NCBI GenBank assembly: GCA_030524925.1
Contig: JAUNFS010000003.1
Coordinates: 2,146-66,145 of the forward strand
DNA length: 64,000 bases
From: a bacterium
GTDB lineage: Bacteria; Bacillota_I; Bacilli_A; RF39; UBA660
Direction of reading: 5' to 3'
Under the pieces are notes generated by a model. The model searched no databases and was not told the origin of the DNA. It saw only the letters and a list, made by a program, of their open reading frames with translations. Made by a program: the position numbers and the translations under genes. Of the stretch, positions 17,785-25,404 are shown in pieces. How positions within the stretch are numbered: the first letter of the stretch is position 1; every line of letters begins with the position of its first letter.

Positions 17785-19521
17785 TTACTTTGTAATAATT
17801 ACATTATCTACACTTTCTACATTTACTACATTCTTTTTAATAGGTATTTTGTAAAAGACTTTTTGTCTTTCACTTTTTCCAGTTAGTTCGTTTTTAACTG
17901 GGTTTGGTGTTGTATAATAACCGATGCCATCATATTTCTTCAATAATGGTTTTATGGGGTCTAACATTGAATTTTTAACTTTATTATCTGCGAGGTTAGA
18001 ATATAATTTTTGCAGTTCTATTCCTAACTCTTTTAAACTACCAGCCCATTTTCCATTATTCTTGTTTACTAAAGTTTTTATAGTATCAACTAAAGGGTTA
18101 TTATTATATTCTTCTAATTCATTTCGCATCACTTTTTCTTCATAAGATGAAATCATCTGCCATTTACAACTTTCTTTATTGAAGTTTAAAATATATTGAT
18201 TTTGGTCTACATCTCTACCAGTAATAGATAAAATAGTTTCTTTATCGTATCTATTTTGTTTATCTAAAACTATTGTTGTATCAGCAGTACCAGTTATACC
18301 ATTTGTTCCGGATACTTTTCCAAAAACATCATTGTCATTGCCTTTTTTAAGATGATGTATTAAAATAATTGCCAAGCCATTTTCATCAGCAAAATCTTTA
18401 ATAGTTCCAACTTCTTTATAATCATTTGCATAATTGTTTTTTCCATTATAATCACTTCTAATTTTTTGAAGTGTATCTATTACTATAACCTTAATATAAG
18501 GTTCTTTTTTTATAATGCTTTTAATCTCATTAATTAAGCCATTTTCTATATCATCACACCTAGTTGCATAAATAAAATTATCTGGTGCTATTTTGCCATC
18601 TAATACCTTATTTAATCTGCTTTTAAGCCTATGTTCGCTATCTTCTAGTGCTAGATATAAGCATCCAGTTTTAAGTGTCTTAAAGCCTAAGAATGGCATA
18701 CCTTTACTAATACTTAAACATAAATCTAAAGCCATCCAACTTTTTCCTATTTTAGGTAAACTGCAAATTAAAGTAAGTCCTTGAGGTATTAAACTATCTA
18801 CATAAAATGTTATTGGTGGTAAATCTTTATCTTGTAATGATTTGGCAGTTGCATATTGAATATTATTTATCTTATCTTTATTTTTAATTTTATTAGTTTC
18901 TTTTTTTAGAGCACTTTTAACAATATTATTTAATTCTGCTTTTTTTAGTTTATCTTCAAAAACAATATTATTAATTATATTTGCTACATCTTTAATATTC
19001 ATTTCCGGATATGTTTCTTTTATTAATAATAGATGCTTATATAAATGGTTGTTTCTAGCATCACCATCAAGCATTCCAGTTAAATTATTTTTTGCTTTAT
19101 ATAATGGATAAAATTGCAATGGTAGTTCTGGTAAATTATCAATATTTAATTCTCTATTCATTTCTCTAGTTTTGCCATTTAATTTAATGACTGCATAGGC
19201 ATTTTTCCCGGTTAAATAATCACATTGAAAGCCTAAAACAGATATTACATCTGTGTTTCTTTTAAAACTATATCCAGTAGGCATTTTATAGTAGTAATGC
19301 TTTCCTTTAGTTGTTTTAACTCTTAAGGTGGGATAGTTTGCATCTATATAATCACATATTATATTTTCATTTATATTGTCATTGTCAAAATCTAAAACAA
19401 TTACATCATCACCAATAATAAGACCAGCATTTTCTAAATTATCAAAAGTAGTTTGATAGTATTGTTGGTTCATTGATTTAATATTAGGTGATTTATCATT
19501 TTTTAGTGGTATAAATTGCAT
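17785..19521 (-). CDS. replication protein: N-terminal Prim-Pol domain fused to RepA/AAA_25-type P-loop ATPase
   Basis: VLDFDND (DxD) and TTKGKHYYYK in the N-domain. Walker A SLPKIGKS. CLYLALEDS. Walker B VIVIDTLQKI. Confidence 0.75.
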   Translation of the reverse strand: MQFIPLKNDKSPNIKSMNQQYYQTTFDNLENAGLIIGDDVIVLDFDNDNINENIICDYIDANYPTLRVKTTKGKHYYYKMPTGYSFKRNTDVISVLGFQCDYLTGKNAYAVIKLNGKTREMNRELNIDNLPELPLQFYPLYKAKNNLTGMLDGDARNNHLYKHLLLIKETYPEMNIKDVANIINNIVFEDKLKKAELNNIVKSALKKETNKIKNKDKINNIQYATAKSLQDKDLPPITFYVDSLIPQGLTLICSLPKIGKSWMALDLCLSISKGMPFLGFKTLKTGCLYLALEDSEHRLKSRLNKVLDGKIAPDNFIYATRCDDIENGLINEIKSIIKKEPYIKVIVIDTLQKIRSDYNGKNNYANDYKEVGTIKDFADENGLAIILIHHLKKGNDNDVFGKVSGTNGITGTADTTIVLDKQNRYDKETILSITGRDVDQNQYILNFNKESCKWQMISSYEEKVMRNELEEYNNNPLVDTIKTLVNKNNGKWAGSLKELGIELQKLYSNLADNKVKNSMLDPIKPLLKKYDGIGYYTTPNPVKNELTGKSERQKVFYKIPIKKNVVNVESVDNVIITK

Positions 19522-19687
19522 CTTTTTTTATCCTTTCTTCATTATTGATTTTTTTCTTCTTTTCATCCTTGCTGGAAAGCCATTTTTTATATTCTTCTTT
19601 GTGATTATCAATATAGGTTGTTACATCATCAACTAAAATGCCAGAGGCAAATTCTTTTATTAGTTCATCACTAATCATAATTTTCAC
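19496..19687 (-). CDS. hypothetical small protein (element)
   Basis: 63 aa, overlaps neighbours on both sides in an operon-like way. Confidence 0.35.
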   Translation of the reverse strand: MKIMISDELIKEFASGILVDDVTTYIDNHKEEYKKWLSSKDEKKKKINNEERIKKDAIYTTKK

Positions 19688-19868
19688 CTGCTTTAATTAA
19701 CTCTTTGGCTTTCTTTTCCCAGAAAGTGGCATTGTGTTTTTTTACTTTATCTGGGTTATTCTTTCGCCAGTTTTTAAAATATAATTTTCTGGCATCATCA
19801 ATTTGCTTAGTTGAATATTTGTTAATAGCATTACTAAATTGTTTTTCATCATTTTTATTATTATTCAT
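19671..19868 (-). CDS. hypothetical small basic protein (element)
   Basis: ATG at 19868 follows AAAGGAGG; the track start 19886 lies upstream of the SD. Confidence 0.4.
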   Translation of the reverse strand: MNNNKNDEKQFSNAINKYSTKQIDDARKLYFKNWRKNNPDKVKKHNATFWEKKAKELIKAGENYD

Positions 19869-19905
19869 ACAAGAGCCTCCTTTCAAATTTTTTTCTTTTA
19901 TTTTC

Positions 19906-19934
19906 TTGCATTTTTTTGAAAAATGATATATTAT
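19906..19934 (+). promoter_or_regulatory. candidate rightward promoter of the element switch region
   Basis: TTGCAT-N17-TATTAT. Confidence 0.4.
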
Positions 19935-19938
19935 ATAA

Positions 19939-19968
19939 ATGTAAAAGTTATTTCCTTTTCTTTTACAT
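19939..19968. promoter_or_regulatory. 9-bp inverted repeat ATGTAAAAG-N12-CTTTTACAT, candidate operator
   Basis: Perfect arms, located between the two face-to-face candidate promoters. Confidence 0.35.
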
Positions 19969-19988
19969 AAGTGAAGTTTAACACAGAA

Positions 19989-20016
19989 ATTATAGAAAAG
20001 GGATAAAAATATACAA
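19989..20016 (-). promoter_or_regulatory. candidate leftward promoter for the replication operon
   Basis: Minus strand TTGTAT-N16-TATAAT. Confidence 0.4.
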
Positions 20017-20070
20017 AAAAAAATATTTGTTAATTTTGATAAATAAATTTCACAAAAAGGAAGGATAATT

Positions 20071-20658
20071 ATGGAAAGAAAAGAGAGAGAAAAAAATCAT
20101 ATTGACCCAGAAGTTATTAAAGAAAATGTTAATAATACAAAATATACAAATGACATTAAGCAAATGTTATTGTGCTTTTCATTAGAACTTAATAGGTTGC
20201 TATATAAAAAAGAAATAAGTCAAGAAGATTTTTCTAAAATAACAAAAATAGGTCAAACAAGTATTTCTAAATATAGAAATGGTACTGCACTACCAAAACA
20301 AGAAAATATTGATATTATTGCAAAGGCTCTTGGAGTATCAAGTGAATATTTAGTTGGTAAAAGCAAAACAAAAGACTATTCATATAATCAATTAAATAAA
20401 TTATTTGGCTTTAATGATGAAACAATTAATAATCTTTCAAGTTGTTTTAACAAAGACTATCTAAATAATATGTTTGGTGGTGAATTAGATAGTATTAATT
20501 ACTTTCTTGAAAGACTAAAAAATTATGTTGATGCCAAAAATGAATATAAAAAAGAAAAAAAGGAATTAAACAAGGCTTGGGATAAAAATAAAATTGATGA
20601 GGCTAAATATTATTTAACAAATTCACTAATTGATTTAATAGATGAAAATTTAAAATAG
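20071..20658 (+). CDS. XRE-family HTH regulator (repressor-like) with C-terminal extension
   Basis: ISQEDFSKITKIGQTSISKYRNGTALPKQENIDIIAKALGVSSEYLVG. AGGAAGGA SD. Confidence 0.75.
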   Translation: MERKEREKNHIDPEVIKENVNNTKYTNDIKQMLLCFSLELNRLLYKKEISQEDFSKITKIGQTSISKYRNGTALPKQENIDIIAKALGVSSEYLVGKSKTKDYSYNQLNKLFGFNDETINNLSSCFNKDYLNNMFGGELDSINYFLERLKNYVDAKNEYKKEKKELNKAWDKNKIDEAKYYLTNSLIDLIDENLK

Positions 20659-20673
20659 AAAGGAGTTTATATT

Positions 20674-22218
20674 ATGAATATTGCACTTTATTTAAGATAT
20701 AGTTCACAAAATCAAACAGAGGCATCTATTGAGGGACAAAGAGAGGTTTGCCAAGAATATGCCAGAGTAAAAAAATATAATATTATATGCGAATATATTG
20801 ACAGAGCCCACTCGGCTACAACAGATAATCGCCCAGAATTCAAAAGAATGATTAAAGATAGTTCTAAAGGTTTATTTGATGCAGTAGTAGTTTATCAATT
20901 TGATAGATTTGCAAGAAATAGATTAGATAGTCAAAAATATAAACAACTTTTAAAGAAAAATAATGTAATGGTTTTATCTGCTCGTGAGGAAATACCAGAA
21001 GATGCTTCTGGTATACTTATGGAAAGTGTTTTAGAGGGGATGGCAGAATATTATAGTGTTGAGTTAGGACAAAAGGTTTCTCGTGGAATGAAAACAAATG
21101 CCAGTAAATGCTATTATAATGGTGGTTCAGTTCCTTTAGGTTTAAAACTAGAGGTTGTAGAAAAAATACAAACATCTGGTAAAATAAAAGAAAAAAAGAA
21201 ATTTGTTATTGATGAAGAAAAAGCCTCTATTATAAAAACTATATTTGAAAAATTTAACAAAGGCGAAAGTATGATTAAAATTATAAATTATCTAAATAAA
21301 TTAGGCATTAAAACAAGCAAAAATAAGCCATTTAATAAAAATAGTATGAGAAGAATATTAGAAAATAAAAAGTATATTGGTATCTATTCTTATGATGGTG
21401 TAGATACTCCAGATGCTATTCCAAGAATAATTAGTGATGATTTATTTTATAAAGTACAAGATAAACTTGGCAAATATAGATGTGCTCCCGGTAGACAAAA
21501 AGCCAGAACGGAATATCTTTTAACAACTAAATTATTCTGTGGTTATTGTGAAAATATGATGGTTGGTGTTGCCGGTACTTCTAAAAATGGTACATTGCAT
21601 AATTACTATACTTGTAAGGGCAGAAAAACTTGTGGATGCAAAAAAGCCAATATCAAGAAAATATACATTGAGGATATAGTTGTAGATATGGCAAGAGAGG
21701 TCTTGACAGATAAAGAAATACCTATTATTGCTAAAAATGTGGTTGAATATGCAGAAAGCCACGATAACAGCGATTTAAAATATTTGCAAGATAAATTAAA
21801 AAATTTAAACAAACAAAATGAAAGTTTAACTAATAGTTTGAAATATTGTGAAGTTGATGCTGTAAGAAAAACAATTATTGATGAAATGACAAAAATTGAA
21901 AATGAAAAAATAAATACTCTTGAGGCAATTAAAGAAGAAGAAAAAAATCATACTTATATTGAATATGACAAAGTAGTATATTTTCTAGAACAAATGAGAA
22001 AAGGCGATATAAACGATATGAGGTATAGACAAAGACTTATAAATTGCTTTATTAATAAGGTGTTCTTATGGGATGATAAAATTATTACTACTTTTAATAT
22101 TAAAAAAAGTGATATTTCTACTAAATTGCCTAATTTAAAAGACTTGGAGTGTTCGTTTGAAGTTTCAAATGGTGCACCATTGATAAATTTGTTCGGACTA
22201 TTCGGACTTTATATATAG
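20674..22218 (+). CDS. large serine recombinase (resolvase/invertase N-domain, recombinase domain, zinc ribbon, coiled coil)
   Basis: IALYLRYSSQNQ...IEGQ catalytic Ser region. VVVYQFDRFARN. CGYC...YYTCKGRKTCGC zinc ribbon. 514 aa. Confidence 0.9.
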   Translation: MNIALYLRYSSQNQTEASIEGQREVCQEYARVKKYNIICEYIDRAHSATTDNRPEFKRMIKDSSKGLFDAVVVYQFDRFARNRLDSQKYKQLLKKNNVMVLSAREEIPEDASGILMESVLEGMAEYYSVELGQKVSRGMKTNASKCYYNGGSVPLGLKLEVVEKIQTSGKIKEKKKFVIDEEKASIIKTIFEKFNKGESMIKIINYLNKLGIKTSKNKPFNKNSMRRILENKKYIGIYSYDGVDTPDAIPRIISDDLFYKVQDKLGKYRCAPGRQKARTEYLLTTKLFCGYCENMMVGVAGTSKNGTLHNYYTCKGRKTCGCKKANIKKIYIEDIVVDMAREVLTDKEIPIIAKNVVEYAESHDNSDLKYLQDKLKNLNKQNESLTNSLKYCEVDAVRKTIIDEMTKIENEKINTLEAIKEEEKNHTYIEYDKVVYFLEQMRKGDINDMRYRQRLINCFINKVFLWDDKIITTFNIKKSDISTKLPNLKDLECSFEVSNGAPLINLFGLFGLYI

Positions 22219-22245
22219 AATCAATCGCATGATTGATTTTTTTTT
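22219..22245 (+). terminator. rho-independent terminator after the recombinase gene
   Basis: AATCAATC-GCAT-GATTGATT followed by T7. Confidence 0.6.
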
Positions 22246-22266
22246 ATAAAACGAAAAAATCATGAA

Positions 22267-22479
22267 ATGGTTGAATTATATTATAATATAAGACAGACAA
22301 TAAATGAGCTTATTGATGAGTATAATTTAGAAAAATCACAAAACGAAATAATTAAATCTTTTTCTAATAAACTTACAAAACAATTTGGGCAAGGTTTTAG
22401 TGTTCCAAGTTTAAAGAAGATGAAAAAATTTTATCAAGTATTTAACGGTGGTTCCACACTGTGGAACCACTTGAAATAA
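22267..22479 (+). pseudogene. internal fragment of a DUF1016 (YhcG-like PDDEXK nuclease) gene
   Basis: ELYYNIRQTI...IIKSFSNKLTKQFGQGFSVPSLKKMKKFYQVF resembles the LYWEIG...LSKDL..EFG.GFS..NL..MR.FY N-domain. The nuclease domain is missing. Confidence 0.4.
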
Positions 22480-22722
22480 AAATCACAAATTCGGGAAAAT
22501 ATGAATAATTAAGTAGCATTAAATTATTGCTACTTTTTCTATTCTTTGGTAAAAAATGTATAGTGATTGATTTTTTTGTTTATGATAATTTATAATAACA
22601 AGTGCAACACCAGCTGATGTAATTGAAATTTAACTTAGAAATAAAGTGATTTTTTCTTTTTTATTTGTACTTTGATTTACTCAGCATTTAATATATGTTA
22701 TATTATAATCAAGGGAGGTCAA

Positions 22723-22998
22723 ATGGATAATCGTTTAATTGAAAAACTAAAGTGCTTAGATGAATCAATGGCAAGAACACATTTAAAAATTACCAGAGAT
22801 AATTTAAATGAACTACAAGCAGATCAAGCTTTAAATTTATTACATAGCCAGTATAAAGATTGTCTAACAATATTGTCACTTTTAGGTGAAGAATTTGTTT
22901 ATCGTTTTAGATACGCTATATTAAGTGATATAGAAGCACTATTAGTTAAGACTAACTACTTTAAAAAAACAACTGGACAAGCTGGGATTATGAAATGA
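22723..22998 (+). CDS. hypothetical 91-aa protein
   Basis: ATG 22723 follows AAGGGAGG; the track start 22672 is upstream of the SD. Followed by a terminator. Confidence 0.4.
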   Translation: MDNRLIEKLKCLDESMARTHLKITRDNLNELQADQALNLLHSQYKDCLTILSLLGEEFVYRFRYAILSDIEALLVKTNYFKKTTGQAGIMK

Positions 22999-23022
22999 CA
23001 CTTTAAATAGTGTCTTTTTTTT
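22997..23022 (+). terminator. rho-independent terminator
   Basis: GACACT-TTAAAT-AGTGTC followed by T8. Confidence 0.6.
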
Positions 23023-23023
23023 G

Positions 23024-23052
23024 CAAAAGAAAAAATCTCCGAAGAGATTTTG
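23024..23052 (-). terminator. rho-independent terminator closing the seven-gene operon
   Basis: Minus strand AAATCTC-TTCG-GAGATTT followed by a T-rich tract, 10 nt after the stop at 23062. Confidence 0.55.
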
Positions 23053-23061
23053 ATTTGTTTG

Positions 23062-23394
23062 TTAATTACAGTTCCAAGGTTCTAAGACACAATCTTGGCA
23101 TTTTTGGAAATTACTTGCTGGCATTTCACGATAACCATTAATTGTACTAAATAACCACATAACGATTGTTGGTACAAAGAAAATTAATACACCGGCAATA
23201 GCACGATACATTAAACTCTTACTAGCCTTCTTAATGTCATCTTCTTTACCACCTACTACGGCTTTTCCTAAATCAAACATTCCATATCCAATAATTAATA
23301 ATGGAATAGCTATTTTAAATACTGTTAGTATCCAACCTACAAATCCTAAAACGTCTGCTGCTTGATCACAAAAACCAGTTATATTCATACTCAC
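23062..23394 (-). CDS. 110-aa two-TM protein, VirB2/TrbC-pilin-like topology, Cys-rich tail
   Basis: TM1 VLGFVGWILTVFKIAIPLLIIGYGMF. Basic loop DLGKAVVGGKEDDIKKASKSLMYR. TM2 AIAGVLIFFVPTIVMWLF. Tail FQKCQDCVLEPWNCN. Confidence 0.5.
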   Translation of the reverse strand: MSMNITGFCDQAADVLGFVGWILTVFKIAIPLLIIGYGMFDLGKAVVGGKEDDIKKASKSLMYRAIAGVLIFFVPTIVMWLFSTINGYREMPASNFQKCQDCVLEPWNCN

Positions 23395-23446
23395 ATCTCC
23401 CTTACATACTTAAATTCTATATGAATTTATGGTAATTGTCAACAAA

Positions 23447-24562
23447 TTATTTAAATATACCAAAAATTCTACTGCCTTCTTGTCTACTAAAACCTAGTTT
23501 TACAAGAAGTCTATCTACTGCTAACAATCTATCTGCCCTGTCGTTAATGACTGGCATGTTATAGAAGACTTTAAATTTTGTTTCATATTCAAAATTTGTT
23601 AGTTCTTCATCTTTGATAGCGCTTTGATTTAATATTATTTTTCCATCTTTGACTTTTTCACGTAAATTGTTATCTTTTTTTAAAGCTTTATTTAAACTAA
23701 TGATACCTGGATTAACTAAGTATAGTATATCCGTACATAGTTGTTTTTCTGGTAAATCATTTAAATCTATTAATACAATATCAATATTTCTAAGTGCATT
23801 TATTTTGAATCTTAATTCTTCTACTGATGTACAAAAAGAAATATCTTGATCATTAAAGTAGATAGAATCTTGTTTAAACATTTCAAAAGCAATTACTTTA
23901 TAATTGGCTTTCAATTGTTTTAACATCATGTGCATTAGAGTTGTTGCACCAGCATGGTCTGTGACATTTTGAAGACCAATGATTCTAGCTCTAACTTTAA
24001 TTTGTTCTTCTTCTCTAACATAGTCTACATTACTAAATACGTTAGGATTAGTAAATGCAGGTCTATATTCATCATTATTAAGATTTACATTACTATTTGG
24101 ATTAGCAATGTATGATTGATTACCAAAAGAATTTGGTGAAGCACTTACAGTTTGATTCATCATATTTTGATTTTGATAAGATGATTCACTTAAATACTTT
24201 TTAACATTATCTAATGTATTTGGATGATTTAATAAATAATTTATTCCAGCAGCATTTCTAGTAAAGTTATAATAACCGTTTTCAACTAAATATCTTAGAT
24301 AATTATTACTACTGACAAGTTCACTATCATTAAGAAGTATAATTACTTTTGATGCTGGAAAGAAACTTAAAAAGTTTAAAACCTCTTTAATATCAAAATA
24401 ATTCTTAATTGCTGTTATATCAATTATTGCTTTACTATATATAAAGTTAGATAACTGACTTTCTAGCATATCTCTAGTAAACTCACCACTTAAAGTTTTA
24501 ATGGTATCTAAATTAGCACTATCAATGATAATTCCATTAAGATTTTTTATTGCAATATACAT
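23447..24562 (-). CDS. TadZ/CpaE-like protein: receiver-like N-domain, Asn/Gln-rich linker, MinD/ParA-like domain with degenerate P-loop
   Basis: N-domain IIDITAIKN...KVIILLND...LVENGYYNF. Linker SYQNQNMMNQTVSASPNSFGNQSYIANPNSNVNLNN. IIGLQNVTDHAGATT replaces xKGGxGKT. VLIDLN is Walker-B-like. Confidence 0.5.
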   Translation of the reverse strand: MYIAIKNLNGIIIDSANLDTIKTLSGEFTRDMLESQLSNFIYSKAIIDITAIKNYFDIKEVLNFLSFFPASKVIILLNDSELVSSNNYLRYLVENGYYNFTRNAAGINYLLNHPNTLDNVKKYLSESSYQNQNMMNQTVSASPNSFGNQSYIANPNSNVNLNNDEYRPAFTNPNVFSNVDYVREEEQIKVRARIIGLQNVTDHAGATTLMHMMLKQLKANYKVIAFEMFKQDSIYFNDQDISFCTSVEELRFKINALRNIDIVLIDLNDLPEKQLCTDILYLVNPGIISLNKALKKDNNLREKVKDGKIILNQSAIKDEELTNFEYETKFKVFYNMPVINDRADRLLAVDRLLVKLGFSRQEGSRIFGIFK

Positions 24563-24570
24563 TTAATCAC

Positions 24571-25047
24571 CTAATTCCATCCTGGTACTTCATCTTTGGC
24601 AAAGTATATAGGTTTAGTTTCACCTGATATAGGAAATGTAAATATTTCACCTAATATTGGTAGATCTACTCTAAAAAAGACGGTTACTTTGTAATAACTT
24701 TTTTTGATATTACCACTATCGTCAACGGTTTTAGCAACGCAATATCTATATTTGGTTGCATCTGCGGCATAGGGATCAAACCCGCTTACAAGAGTGCCGT
24801 CACCTTGTTCAGTTAGATTTTTAGGACATTTGCTATATACTAAATAACCAACTGTTGATAAATAATCTTTAATTTCTTGTTGACTATCATCACTAAGTCC
24901 CTCTTTTTTTTCAATGATATTTACGATACCATTTTTAACCTTAAATGCCTTAGAGTAATTAATTGAAAGCGCTAAAAAGCTTGAAAATAAAACTATAAAA
25001 ACTAAAACAATTGTTAAAAGCCAAGTTCCACCAATTGCTTCTCTCAT
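24571..25047 (-). CDS. TadE-like pseudopilin candidate (158 aa)
   Basis: MREAIGG, hydrophobic TWLLTIVLVFIVLFSSFLAL, then SINYSKAFKVKNGIVN, which resembles the post-TM block of TadE-family proteins. Confidence 0.5.
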   Translation of the reverse strand: MREAIGGTWLLTIVLVFIVLFSSFLALSINYSKAFKVKNGIVNIIEKKEGLSDDSQQEIKDYLSTVGYLVYSKCPKNLTEQGDGTLVSGFDPYAADATKYRYCVAKTVDDSGNIKKSYYKVTVFFRVDLPILGEIFTFPISGETKPIYFAKDEVPGWN

Positions 25048-25062
25048 TTATATTATTGCTTT

Positions 25063-25311
25063 CTAATTAGTGTCCTTATTTGGGCATTGAACAGATTGTG
25101 GATTAGTGCAATTGTCATCTTGACAATAAAGGCAACTACACATTTTTGCTCCTGACGTACAATTACAACTAAAGGCTTGTGTACACTTTGTACTCCTTGT
25201 GATATTTGACTTAATTGATGGCCATATTAATGTAGTAAATACTACTCCTATTGCGGCGATTGCTACTACTGCTACTGCAGTCATACTTAATTCGCCTGAT
25301 GCTTCTTTCAT
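25063..25311 (-). CDS. 82-aa Flp/pilin-like protein with Cys-rich C-terminal module
   Basis: MKEASGE, then LSMTAVAVVAIAAIGVVFTTLIW, then 8 Cys in the last 40 residues. Strong SD TAGGAGGA. Own promoter. Confidence 0.55.
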   Translation of the reverse strand: MKEASGELSMTAVAVVAIAAIGVVFTTLIWPSIKSNITRSTKCTQAFSCNCTSGAKMCSCLYCQDDNCTNPQSVQCPNKDTN

Positions 25312-25336
25312 TTTTTATTCCTCCTATCTTAAAATA

Positions 25337-25365
25337 ATTATAATATAGTTTAACTTCTAAATCAA
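25337..25365 (-). promoter_or_regulatory. consensus-like sigma-A promoter for the 82-aa pilin candidate
   Basis: Minus strand TTGATT-N17-TATAAT, about 25 nt upstream of the SD. Confidence 0.55.
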
Positions 25366-25372
25366 TATTTAT

Positions 25373-25404
25373 GTAAAAAAAAGATAACAATTTCTTGTTA
25401 TCTT
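25373..25404 (-). terminator. rho-independent terminator/attenuator after the 153-aa gene
   Basis: Perfect 10-bp stem AAGATAACAA/TTGTTATCTT with a 4-nt loop, followed on the minus strand by T8. The stop codon lies in the stem. Confidence 0.6.

Larger units (their letters stand above)
15195..22260. mobile_element. ~7 kb integrated satellite/PICI-like element next to tRNA-Leu; ends not resolved
   Basis: Contiguous set: AbiTii-like cargo, two XRE regulators at divergent control regions, Prim-Pol+RepA-type ATPase, small HTH (TerS/phBC6A51-like), large serine recombinase at the right end followed by a terminator. Confidence 0.65.

Noticed and set aside
21532-21812. Two minus-strand ORFs inside the recombinase gene
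   Set aside because: They are antisense to a gene with clear serine-recombinase and zinc-ribbon motifs.
25063-25311. The 82-aa Cys/Ser/Thr-rich protein as a RiPP (lanthipeptide/sactipeptide-like) precursor
   Set aside because: The N-terminal part is a membrane-spanning hydrophobic helix rather than a soluble leader. No LanB/C/M, radical-SAM maturase, ABC exporter or immunity genes are nearby. The pilin-like reading fits the neighbours better.
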